A stretch of DNA of 25,923 bases from Verrucomicrobiales bacterium. Lineage in GTDB: Bacteria; Verrucomicrobiota; Verrucomicrobiia; Limisphaerales; F1-80-MAGS106. The DNA is taken from positions 1-25,923 of the forward strand of contig CANLCA010000001.1 in the NCBI GenBank assembly GCA_947487925.1, in the 5' to 3' direction. The notes under the pieces were generated by a model. It searched no databases, was not told where the DNA came from, and saw nothing but the letters and a program-made list of their open reading frames with translations. Positions 1-10,900 of this stretch are shown piece after piece; position 1 is the stretch's first letter, and every line of letters begins with the position of its first letter. The translations under genes were made by a program, and so were the position numbers.

Positions 1-1
1 C

Positions 2-3000
2 CTATGGATTGGAACGGACCAAGGTGTCTCCAGGTTTGATGGCCAAGATTTCACCCATTTCACCACGGACCAAGGTCTGCCGGGTCCCAATGTTTATGAC
101 ATCCTGCGCGACCCGGACGGGACGCTGTGGTTCGGCACCGATCGCGGCGCCGCCCGCTATGACGGTCGGCGTTTTACCGCGTTCACAACGAAGGAAGGAC
201 TTCTGGGTGAGCGGGTCGATCGCATACTGAGGACTCCTAGTGGAGAGCATTGGTTTGCGACGGACAAAGGTGTTTCCCGACTCGACGGTCGCACATTCAC
301 CCACTTCACCCCAACCAATGGGCTCAGGGACAATCGGATCATTTCCTTGATGATTGGGAAGGACGGGACGATCTGGGCGGGGAGTGATAGTGGGCTGCTC
401 CGTTTCGACGGAACATCCTTCCTGAACGTGACCTTGGCATCGGGGTTGAGCGAGTTAAACGTCCGCTGCACGGCCCAGGCAGAGGATGGCGCTATCTGGT
501 TCGGTGGCAATCGTGGACTGGGGCGGTTCGACGGGACCCGCTCCGTTCAGTGGACCGAAGTCGACGGCCTAGCCCACAACTTTGTCTACGATGTTCACTT
601 GAGCTCGGACGGACGGGTTTGGGTAGCGACAGCGGGGGGTGTGTCGGTTTTCGACATTCAGCAACGCCGCTTTCTCAATTTCACCGAGGCCGACGGGCTT
701 CCGTCTCCGGTGGTTTACCGCATCGCGCCCGGGGCCGACGGCGCTTGGTGGTTCGCCACATCAGCCGGATTGGTTCTTCATGAACCCAGCACGTTTACTC
801 GATACACAGCGGCCGATGGTCTGCCGTCCAACGCGATCCTATCCAGTGGGGTGGATCGGGCTGGAGCGATCTGGTTCAGCACTCAGGGAAATCGAAGCGA
901 CAATCGTGGGGTCGCCCGCTTCGATGGCCAGTCGTTCACTCACCTCAAGATCCCGGATGTCTTGTCTAACAACAGAGTCTCCGGATTTGCTCAGACGCCC
1001 GACGGGGCGCTATGGCTGGGCAGTGGGAACAGTCTGGGGCGCTTCCATGAGGGACAATTCACCACGTTTGGATTCAAGGGGGGTAACTTACGGGATCTGG
1101 CACCTGCGGCCGATGGGAGCCTTTGGGTCGTCGATTGGGACGCGGGTCTGTTTCACTTTGACGGCACTGCTTTCCGGCATTTTCCGGAGGTCGTTCTCCG
1201 CAACCACTGGAAAGTCAAAGTGGCAGGAGATGGGGCTGTATGGGTCGGTGGCAGGGGGTTGGCGCGGTTTCAGGCAGGGCAGTCCCTATTCCTCAGCGAG
1301 ACCAACGGGTTGGCAGGGCAGGATGTGGGGGCCTTGTGGATCGACTCCCCCAGCAATCTTTGGGTTGGCACCGATCGTGGGCTTTCCTTTTACAACGGCC
1401 AAACCTTCACCAACTACACGGTTGGAAGGGGTCAGCTTCCCGCGAATAGAGTTTACTCCCTGTTTCGGGATCTGAAAGGATTGCTGTGGATCGGCACCGA
1501 TGGCGGCGTCGTCCGCTATGATGGGGCGCTCTGGTCGGCGCTCAACGAGCGGGACGGTTTGACGAGCAGCCGGGTGGTCACCATCGATCAGACCCAGGAT
1601 GGTGTGATGTGGTTCGGAACCGACAAAGGCATCACTCGCTACCAACCGTCCGCAGGTCGACCGTCTGCCCCCACGCTCACAGTGCGTTTGGATGAGGACC
1701 ACGTGGACCTCACGAAGATTCCCAAGATCATCGCGGGCCGCCGTGTCGAGTTCAAGCTCTCCGCCGTGGATTTCAAATCGCGGCCAGAAAGCCGTCGATA
1801 TTCGACCTTGTTGATCCCGGGGATTGTGTCCCAGGAAGACCTCAATTCGCGCACTGATTGGCGGCCTCCGTCGCGACAGGATCGCATTGAGGAAGTATTG
1901 AACCAGCCGGGAGTGTGGACCTTTGCGACGCGTTATGTCGACCGCGATCTGCATTACTCGGTGCCGACGATGGCGTTGTTGACAGTGGTACCGCCATGGT
2001 ACCGGAACGTCCGGCTGATCGGACCCACGGTGGCGGTGAACTTTGGTTTGGTCGTCTGGGCCTTTGTCGCCCGCGCTCAGGTCATCCGACGCAAGCGCGA
2101 GGCAGAGCGGCTCAGGGAGCGGTTGCTGGAAGAAGAGCGCAAAGCCCGCCTGGCCGCTGAGTCGGCGCGTCTCCAAGCCGAAGCCGCCAACCAGGCCAAG
2201 AGCGAGTTCCTCGCGAACATGTCCCATGAGATCCGGACCCCGATGAACGCAATTCTCGGGTTCTCTGAGCTGCTCCGCACCCAGATGGCCGCATCCAAGG
2301 ATCGCAGTTATCTGGATGCCATCTCCTCGAGCGGCCGCACGTTGCTCGCGTTGATCAACGACATTTTGGATCTGTCGAAAATCGAGGCCGGCAAGCTCGA
2401 GTTGCAGTACGAGCCGGTGTCGGTGTCCCGGATGGTCGACGAGATCCAGAAGTTGTTTTCGATGAAAGCCGGCGAGAAAGGAATCCAGATCCTGACGGAC
2501 GTGGATCCCAAGCTGCCGCGTGGGTTGGTGCTGGATGAGGTCCGGTTGCGGCAGGTGCTGTTCAATGTCGTGGGCAACGCGATCAAGTTTACCGAGCACG
2601 GGCAGGTGAAGATCCGGGCCACGTTTGAGGGTGGCTTCCGAGCGGAGGACTCTCTGGATGAAAAGGAAAAAGCGGAAAGCAGAAAGCAGGAAGGGGGCTT
2701 GGGCGTGGAAGAGGAAGCTCGGGGTGAAGGTCGATCTGGAGGCGGGTCTTCGGACCCTGGCCAAAGTGGTCCGCTGGATGCCGGGGTTTCGACGCGCGCG
2801 AATGATCGGGGCTTTAGCGGAAAGGACGATTCAGACGAAACTCGGGTCAACCTGATTCTTGAGATCTCGGACACGGGGATTGGGATTCCCAAAGACCAGC
2901 AGGAAGCGATTTTTGGTGCGTTTTCGCAAGTCGCAGGACAGAGCACCCGCAAATTTGGAGGCACGGGATTGGGGCTCACCATCACGAAGCGGCTCACCGA

Positions 3001-3865
3001 AATGATGCTTGGCAAGGTCACCGTCCAGAGCGAACCTGGGAAGGGCACCACCTTTCGGTTTTTGTTCCCCGAAGTGACCATTACCGAGCTCGCTGGCGGG
3101 GACGCATCGGGGACCGGTGGGGAGGGGGATTTCTCCCAATTTGCGCCCAGCACGATTCTGGTGGCGGACGATGTATCGCTGAACCGGGCCTTGTTGACGG
3201 GTTACTTTGAAGGGACGACGCATCGCCTCATCACCGCGATCAATGGGTTGGAGGCGCTGGAGATGGCGGAAAGGCATCGGCCGGACCTCATTCTGATGGA
3301 TATGCGGATGCCAGAGATGGACGGGCACATAGCCACGCAGCGACTGAAGGCGAATGTGTCGTTGAAAAACATCCCTGTCATCGCGGTGACGGCGTCGTCT
3401 TTCCGTGAGGAAGAGGCGCGCGCGCGCAAGATCTGCGACGGATTCATTCGCAAGCCGTTCAACCGCGCCGAGCTTATTGCTGAGCTCAAGCGATTCTTGA
3501 AACCATCTCTTGTCGAAGGCCCTGGGTTGGAGCCTGTGGCCGCATCCGTCCGAGCGCAGTCCGAGGAGCCTTTGTCGGCCGAAGTGGTGGCGCGCCGACC
3601 AGAATTGATTGCCAAGCTTCGGGGAGAACTCAAAACGGCCTGGCCTCGTTTGTCCCAGACCATGGAGATGGGAGAGATCGAGGAGTTTGCCGCCCGGTTG
3701 ATAGCGGCCGCCGACTCGGGCCAGTGGTCCGAGTTGAGTGATTTCGCCCAAACGCTTGAACAGCAGGCTCAGGAATTTGACCTGGACCGGTTGCCGCAAA
3801 CCCTCCGACGGTTTCCGGAAGTGTTCGAGCGACTCGGCCGGGACCCATCCTCCGCAAGATCATGA
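2..3865 (+). CDS. Hybrid sensor histidine kinase: Reg_prop-type beta-propeller sensor, Y_Y_Y-like linker, TM helix, HisKA, HATPase, REC, C-terminal helical domain. 5'-partial.
   Basis: The frame is open from base 2 ([14 protein letters not shown]...) into the listed 347 ORF, so the gene runs off the left edge. It has many 'LWxGTxxGxxRFDG...FTxxDGLP' repeats, a TM segment ([18 protein letters not shown]), H-box [14 protein letters not shown]-box NAIKFT, G1 DTGIG, G2 GGTGLGL and a REC domain (ILVADD...LILMDMRMP...KP). Confidence 0.93.
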   Translation, partial: LWIGTDQGVSRFDGQDFTHFTTDQGLPGPNVYDILRDPDGTLWFGTDRGAARYDGRRFTAFTTKEGLLGERVDRILRTPSGEHWFATDKGVSRLDGRTFTHFTPTNGLRDNRIISLMIGKDGTIWAGSDSGLLRFDGTSFLNVTLASGLSELNVRCTAQAEDGAIWFGGNRGLGRFDGTRSVQWTEVDGLAHNFVYDVHLSSDGRVWVATAGGVSVFDIQQRRFLNFTEADGLPSPVVYRIAPGADGAWWFATSAGLVLHEPSTFTRYTAADGLPSNAILSSGVDRAGAIWFSTQGNRSDNRGVARFDGQSFTHLKIPDVLSNNRVSGFAQTPDGALWLGSGNSLGRFHEGQFTTFGFKGGNLRDLAPAADGSLWVVDWDAGLFHFDGTAFRHFPEVVLRNHWKVKVAGDGAVWVGGRGLARFQAGQSLFLSETNGLAGQDVGALWIDSPSNLWVGTDRGLSFYNGQTFTNYTVGRGQLPANRVYSLFRDLKGLLWIGTDGGVVRYDGALWSALNERDGLTSSRVVTIDQTQDGVMWFGTDKGITRYQPSAGRPSAPTLTVRLDEDHVDLTKIPKIIAGRRVEFKLSAVDFKSRPESRRYSTLLIPGIVSQEDLNSRTDWRPPSRQDRIEEVLNQPGVWTFATRYVDRDLHYSVPTMALLTVVPPWYRNVRLIGPTVAVNFGLVVWAFVARAQVIRRKREAERLRERLLEEERKARLAAESARLQAEAANQAKSEFLANMSHEIRTPMNAILGFSELLRTQMAASKDRSYLDAISSSGRTLLALINDILDLSKIEAGKLELQYEPVSVSRMVDEIQKLFSMKAGEKGIQILTDVDPKLPRGLVLDEVRLRQVLFNVVGNAIKFTEHGQVKIRATFEGGFRAEDSLDEKEKAESRKQEGGLGVEEEARGEGRSGGGSSDPGQSGPLDAGVSTRANDRGFSGKDDSDETRVNLILEISDTGIGIPKDQQEAIFGAFSQVAGQSTRKFGGTGLGLTITKRLTEMMLGKVTVQSEPGKGTTFRFLFPEVTITELAGGDASGTGGEGDFSQFAPSTILVADDVSLNRALLTGYFEGTTHRLITAINGLEALEMAERHRPDLILMDMRMPEMDGHIATQRLKANVSLKNIPVIAVTASSFREEEARARKICDGFIRKPFNRAELIAELKRFLKPSLVEGPGLEPVAASVRAQSEEPLSAEVVARRPELIAKLRGELKTAWPRLSQTMEMGEIEEFAARLIAAADSGQWSELSDFAQTLEQQAQEFDLDRLPQTLRRFPEVFERLGRDPSSARS
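2668..2688 (+). repeat. Three tandem RAAAGCR heptamers inside the kinase coding sequence
   Basis: AAAAGCG GAAAGCA GAAAGCA read directly; encodes part of EKAESRKQ. Confidence 0.6.
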
Positions 3866-4998
3866 CCCATCCTCCAGCATCCAGCAGGAAGACGCGCATC
3901 CTCGTCGTCGATGATGTCACCAAAAATCTCCAGGTGGTGGGCTCCATGCTGCGCAATGCCGGGTATGAAGTGATGCCCACGACCAGCGGTGCGCAAGCGC
4001 TTGAGAGGGTCCGTGTCCAGCTGCCAGACTTGATCCTGCTCGATTTGATGATGCCGGAGATGGACGGTCTGGAGGTTTGCAAGCGGTTGAAGGCGGATGC
4101 CGCTCTCCGGCAGATCCCGGTCATTTTCCTGACGGCCAGCAACGAGATGGAGCATTTGGTCCAGGGGTTTGAGGTAGGGGCGGTGGATTATGTCACCAAG
4201 CCATTTAATCCCCCCGAACTGCTCGCCAGAGTGCGGACGCACGTTGAGCTGCGGCAGGCTCGTGAGCGATTGCGCGAGATGAACGATGAAAAAAGCGAGT
4301 TCATGGGCATTGTCGCCCATGACCTGCGCAATCCTCTGGGGGCTATCACGGGTTATGCCGAGATCGTCCTGGAAGAGATAGGGTCACTTTCGACTGCTAC
4401 CCCTGAGGCAGTAAGCCGTGCCACAAAGGAAGTCGCCGATTGCGCGGGAAGGATTCATGAGACATCGAAACGCATGGCGGAGATGGTGCAGAATCTTTTG
4501 GATGCCAACCGCATCGAGCGAGGGGAGATGCAAGTCAGCTTGATGGCATCGGATCTGCGCTCATTGGTGGCCTCGGTTGTGGAAACCCAGCGCCCCCGGG
4601 CCGCCGCCAAGCAGCAAACGATCGTGCTCGAAAACGAGGACACCCCGGTGATGGTTTTGGTCGGCCCCAGTGTCACCCTGCAAGTGTTGGAGAACCTTGT
4701 CTCCAACGCGGTCAAATACTCGCCACCCGGTTTGTCCATCTGTGTGCGTTTGAGAAAACACGAGGAAGTTGTCCGGATAGAAGTGGAGGATCAAGGTCCG
4801 GGTTTGAGCGCCGAAGATCAGAAAAAACTCTTCGGAAAATTCGCGCGCTTGAGCGCGAAACCAACGGGCGGCGAACACGCCACCGGCTTGGGCCTGTCCA
4901 TCGTGAAGAAGCTGGTCGAAGCCATGAACGGCAGCGTCTGGTGCGAGAGCGAATCTGGCAGTGGGGCACGGTTTGTGGTGCAGTTCCCGAGGCATTGA
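3862..4998 (+). CDS. Hybrid response regulator / histidine kinase (REC-HisKA-HATPase), soluble
   Basis: N-terminal REC (ILVVDD...LILLDLMMP...KP), H-box [28 protein letters not shown] 4-bp overlap with the upstream stop. Confidence 0.93.
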   Translation: MTHPPASSRKTRILVVDDVTKNLQVVGSMLRNAGYEVMPTTSGAQALERVRVQLPDLILLDLMMPEMDGLEVCKRLKADAALRQIPVIFLTASNEMEHLVQGFEVGAVDYVTKPFNPPELLARVRTHVELRQARERLREMNDEKSEFMGIVAHDLRNPLGAITGYAEIVLEEIGSLSTATPEAVSRATKEVADCAGRIHETSKRMAEMVQNLLDANRIERGEMQVSLMASDLRSLVASVVETQRPRAAAKQQTIVLENEDTPVMVLVGPSVTLQVLENLVSNAVKYSPPGLSICVRLRKHEEVVRIEVEDQGPGLSAEDQKKLFGKFARLSAKPTGGEHATGLGLSIVKKLVEAMNGSVWCESESGSGARFVVQFPRH

Positions 4999-5012
4999 AC
5001 TTCAGAACTTCA
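4997..5012 (+). repeat. Short direct repeat GAACTTCA x2 at the kinase stop codon
   Basis: GAACTTCA GAACTTCA read directly. Confidence 0.45.
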
Positions 5013-5036
5013 ACTCTTCCCCCATCCAGCCGCCTG

Positions 5037-5045
5037 TGGTATAAC
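5037..5045 (+). promoter_or_regulatory. Possible extended -10 promoter for the sugar dehydratase gene
   Basis: TG-G-TATAAC, 17 nt before ATG 5063. No convincing -35 or Shine-Dalgarno. Confidence 0.4.
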
Positions 5046-5062
5046 CTAGATCGCTCGTTCAA

Positions 5063-6943
5063 ATGAAGTCGATCCATCGTTCTAGTCTGGCTCGTGCCCT
5101 CGTTCTGTCGCTGATGTATGCGTCTGCGCTGTTGTTATGCCAGTGGCTTGCTTTCCAAATCCGGTTTGATTTCGACATCCCTAAGAAACATCTTGGCGAT
5201 TTCACCCTCCACTGGCATTGGCAAATCGCGGTGAAATTCCTGTTCCTGCTCGGTTTCGGCCAGTTTTCGGGACTGTTGAGTTACTTCGGCGTTCCCGACG
5301 TGATTCGCCTCTTCTACGCCGTCCTCGGGGCTTCGGCAACGTTCGTTGCCATCCGGCTGCTCAACATCGAGAATTACCATCCGCCGCGCGGAGTCCTGCT
5401 CATCGATTTCATCCTGTCGTTCCTGGCCCTCACGATGATTCGGCTGGAGTTCCGTCTCCTTCGTGAACGGTTTCAGTCCCCGCAAGAGGGATCCTCCCGC
5501 CGGGCACGTCGCGTCGCCATCATTGGCGCGGGCGACGTTGGCGCGAACCTTGCGCGGGAACTTTCTACCAAACGAGGACCGGGCTTAATGCCCGTAGCGT
5601 TTTTCGACGACGACCCCGTGAAGTGGAATGCTCGCGTTCATGGCATCCCCGTGCTCGGGCGACCGGAATCGTTGTTGAATCAGAGGCTCCGTCTTAATTT
5701 GAATCTCCAGCAGGTGATCATTGCCCTGCCCGGAGCTCCAGCCAAGCGCGTGGGTGAGATCATCAAGGTTCTTCAACAAACGCGACTCTCTTTCGGGATG
5801 GTGCCATCGCTTGAGCAGCTGGCCACGGGAAAGGTTAAGGTCAGTCAGCTCCGTTCTGTGGAGATTCAGGATCTCCTCGGCCGCGAGCCAGTGCAGCTGG
5901 AAACCGAGAACATCCGATCGATTCTTCAGGATCAAGTCGTGATTGTCACCGGGGCGGGAGGGAGCATCGGCAGCGAACTTTGTCGGCAGATCCTGACTTT
6001 CAACCCCCGCCGACTTATCCTGATCGAGCAAACTGAATATCTCTTGTTCCAAATTGGGCAAGAGCTCAAGGAAGCTGGCTGGGCGGGGACTATCCAGCCT
6101 CTTGTGGCGGATATTTGCGATGAGCCCCAGATGCGTCAGATCTTCCAACTTTTCGCGCCTTCGACACTGTTCCACGCCGCGGCTCACAAGCACGTCCCGT
6201 TGATGGAGGATCAACCGGCGGAAGCCATCAGGAACAACTCGCTGGGCACCGCACGACTCGCCGAATTGGCGCTCGAATACAAGCTGGAACGGTTCATCCT
6301 CATTTCAACTGACAAGGCAATTAATCCCACCAATGTGATGGGCGCGACCAAGCGACTTGCCGAAACCTTCATCCAGTCCTTGAACGCCTCCAAACCTGAC
6401 CCCCAAGGATCCGGAACACGGTTCATGGCTGTGCGCTTTGGGAACGTTCTCGGCTCCTCAGGAAGTGTCATCCCGACGTTCAATAAACAGATTGAGGCGG
6501 GCGGCCCGGTGAAAGTCACTCACCCGGATATCACCCGCTATTTCATGACTATCCCTGAGGCCGTCGGCCTGGTTCTTCAGAGTGCCTCACAAGGAACCGG
6601 TGGTGAAATTTTTGTACTTTCAATGGGGGAGCCCGTAAAAATCATCGATCTCGCAAAACAGCTCATCGAGCTCAGCGGCCGCCGACCCGGCGAGGATATC
6701 CAAATTGAAATAACGGGGTTGCGCCCCGGCGAGAAATTGTTCGAAGAACTCAGCTACAAAGGCGAAAACATCACCACGACCTCTCACTCAAAAATCATGC
6801 GTTTCGTCTGTCAGCCAACTCCCCTCGATCAGGTTCGAAAGACTCTTCATGAAATCGCCGATGGAATGGGCGAACTTGAAAACAACCAACTCAAGCTTCG
6901 TCTGCAAAAAGCCGTTCCCGAATACCGCCCCTATTTGGCTTGA
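5063..6943 (+). CDS. Membrane-anchored nucleoside-diphosphate sugar 4,6-dehydratase (polysaccharide biosynthesis protein, CapD/WbpM/PglF family)
   Basis: About four N-terminal TM segments, a CoA-binding-like domain (IIGAGDVG), then an SDR domain with VTGAGGSIGSELCRQ, HAAAHKHVPLME, STDKA, MGATKR, RFGNVLGSSGSV and GLRPGEKL. Confidence 0.9.
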   Translation: MKSIHRSSLARALVLSLMYASALLLCQWLAFQIRFDFDIPKKHLGDFTLHWHWQIAVKFLFLLGFGQFSGLLSYFGVPDVIRLFYAVLGASATFVAIRLLNIENYHPPRGVLLIDFILSFLALTMIRLEFRLLRERFQSPQEGSSRRARRVAIIGAGDVGANLARELSTKRGPGLMPVAFFDDDPVKWNARVHGIPVLGRPESLLNQRLRLNLNLQQVIIALPGAPAKRVGEIIKVLQQTRLSFGMVPSLEQLATGKVKVSQLRSVEIQDLLGREPVQLETENIRSILQDQVVIVTGAGGSIGSELCRQILTFNPRRLILIEQTEYLLFQIGQELKEAGWAGTIQPLVADICDEPQMRQIFQLFAPSTLFHAAAHKHVPLMEDQPAEAIRNNSLGTARLAELALEYKLERFILISTDKAINPTNVMGATKRLAETFIQSLNASKPDPQGSGTRFMAVRFGNVLGSSGSVIPTFNKQIEAGGPVKVTHPDITRYFMTIPEAVGLVLQSASQGTGGEIFVLSMGEPVKIIDLAKQLIELSGRRPGEDIQIEITGLRPGEKLFEELSYKGENITTTSHSKIMRFVCQPTPLDQVRKTLHEIADGMGELENNQLKLRLQKAVPEYRPYLA

Positions 6944-7001
6944 TTCGGAGCCGCGCTGACCCGGCAATTCATCCAATGCGCTTCCCTTCAAATCGCCGAT
7001 C

Positions 7002-7007
7002 TAGAAT
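7002..7007 (+). promoter_or_regulatory. Possible -10 element for the TPR gene
   Basis: TAGAAT, 16 nt before ATG 7024. No good -35. Confidence 0.3.
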
Positions 7008-7023
7008 CCGACTGCTGCCTTCA

Positions 7024-7914
7024 ATGACAGGGGAAGCCGCGGACACAGAAACCTCCCGGCGCGGCCAGGCACAGGGTGTGAGTGTGTGGCTTTTTGCACC
7101 CGCCGCATTAAGCCTGGTGTGGATCCTGGCTTTCGGGGCTGGTTGCGGGAAGTCTGAGCAGTCCTCGCATGAAGCCGAGATTAAAACGACACCCTCTGCT
7201 GCATCCGTAAATAAGCCTCCCCCGGAGACGGGAACCAACAATCCGAATCCGCCTTCCTTATCCGCCACGGATCAGAGCGTGCCAAATGGGATCGTTGCCG
7301 CTACAGCCAATTCGCCCATCTCGCGATCCGACGCGGAGATTGACGAGCTCGCACGTTGGCATCAAACCGGAGGCGAACTGATTCAGAGCCGGCGTTTTGA
7401 AGAGGCCATCGAGATTTTTCAGCAAGTGCTCCAGAAAAAGCCCGACGATGAGGAGGCTCATTTCAATCTAGGGTACTGTTTCGCGCGACTCACCCAGATG
7501 GATCTGGCTCTGCATCACTATTCCGAAGCGATCCGCATTCTGCCCGAGTATGCGGAAGCGCACAACAACCTCGGCAACCTGCTAGCACGCCAAGGTCATA
7601 CGGACAAGGCAATGGAGCACTTCAGGGCGGCGATCCAGAATGCGCCGGAAAATGCCTCGGCCCACAACAATCTGGGCACGACCTTCATCCGCCTCGGGAA
7701 GATCGAGCAAGCCATCCCCAGCTTTGAAGAGGCGTCACGTCTCAACACAAATTACGTGGAGGCCCACTACAATCTGGGCAGGGCCTACCAAAGCCAGGGC
7801 AGGATTCAAGAAGCGATCAAACGTTTCGAGCGGACGATCCAGATCGATCCGTCCTTTGAGTATGGGAGAAGCGCGTTAAAAAAAGTGTTGAATCAACCCA
7901 AGGCGACTCCCTGA
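7024..7914 (+). CDS. Tetratricopeptide-repeat protein, probable lipoprotein
   Basis: Hydrophobic stretch ending in LAFGAGC, a Pro/Ser/Thr-rich linker, then five 34-aa TPRs (AHNNLG pattern). Start is uncertain: ATG 7024 preferred over TTG 6940, and GTG 7078 is possible. Confidence 0.85.
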   Translation: MTGEAADTETSRRGQAQGVSVWLFAPAALSLVWILAFGAGCGKSEQSSHEAEIKTTPSAASVNKPPPETGTNNPNPPSLSATDQSVPNGIVAATANSPISRSDAEIDELARWHQTGGELIQSRRFEEAIEIFQQVLQKKPDDEEAHFNLGYCFARLTQMDLALHHYSEAIRILPEYAEAHNNLGNLLARQGHTDKAMEHFRAAIQNAPENASAHNNLGTTFIRLGKIEQAIPSFEEASRLNTNYVEAHYNLGRAYQSQGRIQEAIKRFERTIQIDPSFEYGRSALKKVLNQPKATP

Positions 7915-10900
7915 TCGCGGTTCCGGTCCTCCAACAATTTGAACACTCGCAAGGTTTCCGTGGCGCTCCAGGCTTGGGCGTCGCACCCGCGTTGCGTGTG
8001 GGGGACGTCCCCGTCCAGAATCTCGGGAAGGTGTCCGACACAGCCTTCCATGAGAAGAACAGAAGCGCTGCCGAGGTAGGATTGAGCGGCTGCCACCGCT
8101 CTGGGCGCGAATTCGTAGGCGCACGCCAGGGCTTCACAAAACGTGGGGAACGGCCAAACCCATGCAGTTCCGTTGTGATACGCAGGTTTGCGTGAAGTGT
8201 CCTCGTCGCCCTCGTAACGTCCCCAATAAGGGGATGTGGGGTTGTTCAACAAGGCTCCGCCAGAGGTGCGAATCGGTAACGGCATGAGCACCGGCCGTGG
8301 TGCCAGCGAGCGCACCGCCCCTGGAACCACAAGGAAGCGCGCAGCCGCATCGACGGTCCGCCGGGCGCGTTCACCAGAAACCAGGCCCAGGCTCACCAGA
8401 AAAAGGCAGTTGGGGCGGAGGGCGTCATCCGCGTGTGACAAACGAGCCGGCTGCCCAGGCTTGGCTGCCAGATGATCCGCGAAATACCCCGCGTCCTCCA
8501 GCCAGTAGTAGGCCGACACCGATCTCTCGGCCATCTCCGCGATCTCCGCCCAAGGCCTCTCCACCGGATCCAGTCGAAGCCGGGCCAGCAGTCGCAATAA
8601 TCGAATCCACAACGCCTGGATTTCCACAGGATACCCCTCTCTGGGCGTACCCGCCGGAAAGTTCGTGTCCATCCACGTGAAATGTGTTGGGCTCCAGACA
8701 AGCCCGGAATCAGGGTCCATTCGTATCCCGTTTGGCGTGCCATCGATGATCCCCCGCGCAATCTCGCGCAGCACATCCGCTACGGTCCGACCCCGGGCGT
8801 CAATAGGCGCCGAATAGGGAGCTTTCTTAGCTGAGCCCTCCTGCGCATCGCAGCCCGTCGCCAGAGCCAGCTCTTCGCAGACGACTCCGTACCACAACGG
8901 CGCGTCGGAGGTGTCCCGGTTTGACGCGTCCTCTCCGTGAATATTGTTGGGCAGCGTGCCTCGGTCAACGAACTTCCCGAACGTTCGAAGAATCTGCAGC
9001 ACCGGCTCGTGCATTCCCGCTGTGATCAGTCCGCGCGCCGCAATAAACGTGTCTCGCCCCCAATCCAAAAACCAGGGATACCCTGCGATGACCGTTTTTC
9101 CGGCGTCGCGCCGCACCACAAACGCGTCGATCGCCACTCGCAGGATCGATTCGAAATCATCTCGCCCCTCCGCCCGGACGGGCATGGGTGTTTGTGGTTC
9201 ATCCCATCGCCCACCGAGTTCCGCCGTCGCGGTGAAAGCCACCGGTCGGTCAATTTCGAGCGGGCATTCGAACCACCCCGGGCTGTAGGCGTCCCCGGAA
9301 GGTTCCTGCCCGCGTGTCGATTCTACCGGGTGCGGAATTCTGTCGCACCATTCAGGCTGGACGTGGTAGCGACCGCGGTCGCAAAAAACTCGCAGTTGGC
9401 GATCGGCGGCGGGTGTGAACTCAAAGCCCAAACCACCGGGCAATGAGTGGGTAAACGAGGCAAAATGCCGTTCCGATCCATCGTTGTGCTGGGTTTGAGA
9501 ATGGAAATTGCGATCCTCGATTTCAAACCGGCACACGATGGACACAGGCCCGGAATGAGTCCTATTGGCCGGCCCCTCCGCCTGAGGCGGAATCGAAACC
9601 TCAAAGCGCGTCGAGTTCCGGCCTTGGATCATTTGTGCGCGGAGACGGATTGGCGTCACAAACCCGTCCCCAGCGTGTGCGTGAAACACCCACTCGGCCA
9701 CGGATTGGGATCGAAACGAGACGAGGTTTCCCGCGTTCAACTGAGTGAGGTGGTTGCGCGCCATCACCCACAACCGGAGGCGCTTCACGAAGACATGTCG
9801 GTCCACGGGCACGGAGGCGTGCAAATTGGCGCCCAACACACAATCGTACTTTGAACGGATCGCGCCGAGATCCACCGGCACGCGCGCCATGCCACCAATG
9901 CCGTTTGTCAAAAGAACCAGCGCTTCTCCATAGTTCGCCGTGAGCCGCGAGTGAACCGCGGCCCTGGCCCCAAGGAACAGAAGCTTCGCGGCATGGCGGG
10001 CGGTCTCTGGAAGAAATCGGTGAATCTCGAGCAGCACCGCCCCCTCTTCCTCCTCCGACACTGGGGGAACAAAAACGACAAATCCTCGCAGTGTTGGAAT
10101 CGATTCCATCCGAATGCTTCGACTCCGAGTCTGCAACGAAGCTCGGAAGGGATTTGGATCGGAGAGCAAAAGCCAGTGGCGATGCGGGACAAGAGTGACT
10201 CTCGTAGCCTCTTCAGTGGTCCACTTCACAACCGGCGCGTACGCGGAGGAGCCCGGAATCGCTCGCAGCGCCTCCATGAAATCACTGTCACCCGCCGATC
10301 CCTCCAGGGTTGCGACTTTTCCAAGGAACGAAAGTGGGTCGCGATCCACGAGTCCAGCGAGTTCTTGCCAGTCAAAGCGTCCAATCCGTTCTGGCTCCGC
10401 AACGATCGACAAGGCTTGGATGGCGGCCGCGGCCTGGGCCCGCGCGCGGCGATAGGATGGCCCTGTCAACCCCTGAACCTCCGTGCTAGTTGCCAAGCAG
10501 ACCACATCCCCTGGCTCAAACTGAAGTTCGATCGACCCCTTTCCTCGACGATATTTGAAACCAGGGGAGGCTTCGATCAAATGGCATGCCGGAAAAACTG
10601 AATCTGGGCCCGCCATCCGCATGTCCGCGCAGGAAACCTCAAGAGTTTGAGAACACTCCGCATCCAGGTTGGCAAACACGTACACTGTGTTTTGGCCGTC
10701 TGGAGATTCGCGCCTCAAAGCCAACACGGAGGAGTTATCCGGACTGAAACGGGTGACGCAGGATGTGTCAAAAAAACAGGGATGATCGATCAAGAGCTGG
10801 TTCAATTGGGCGAGTTCTTCGATAATGTTCTCGGGGCTTCCCCAGGAGAGTCCGCCGCATTGGTGGACCAGAATCTTTTCCTTGGCCAGCCACTCCACGC

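Noticed and set aside
1-1660. Recurring DNA words such as GGCACCGAT and TTCGACGG suggesting a repeat array or CRISPR
   Set aside because: They are codons of the repeated GTD/RFDG propeller motifs inside an open frame. There are no identical 23-47 nt repeats with unique spacers and no cas genes.
1286-2764. 492-aa antisense ORF, and similar ones (2831..3799, 2308..3153, 19611..20237, 18525..19175, 5585..6214)
   Set aside because: They lie wholly opposite or inside well-supported genes, show no recognisable motifs, and are expected shadow ORFs in high-GC coding DNA.
6940-7023. TTG start at 6940 overlapping the dehydratase stop, suggesting translational coupling
   Set aside because: It adds an implausible 28-aa leader ahead of the signal peptide, and a TAGAAT element lies within it. 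The later ATG is preferred.
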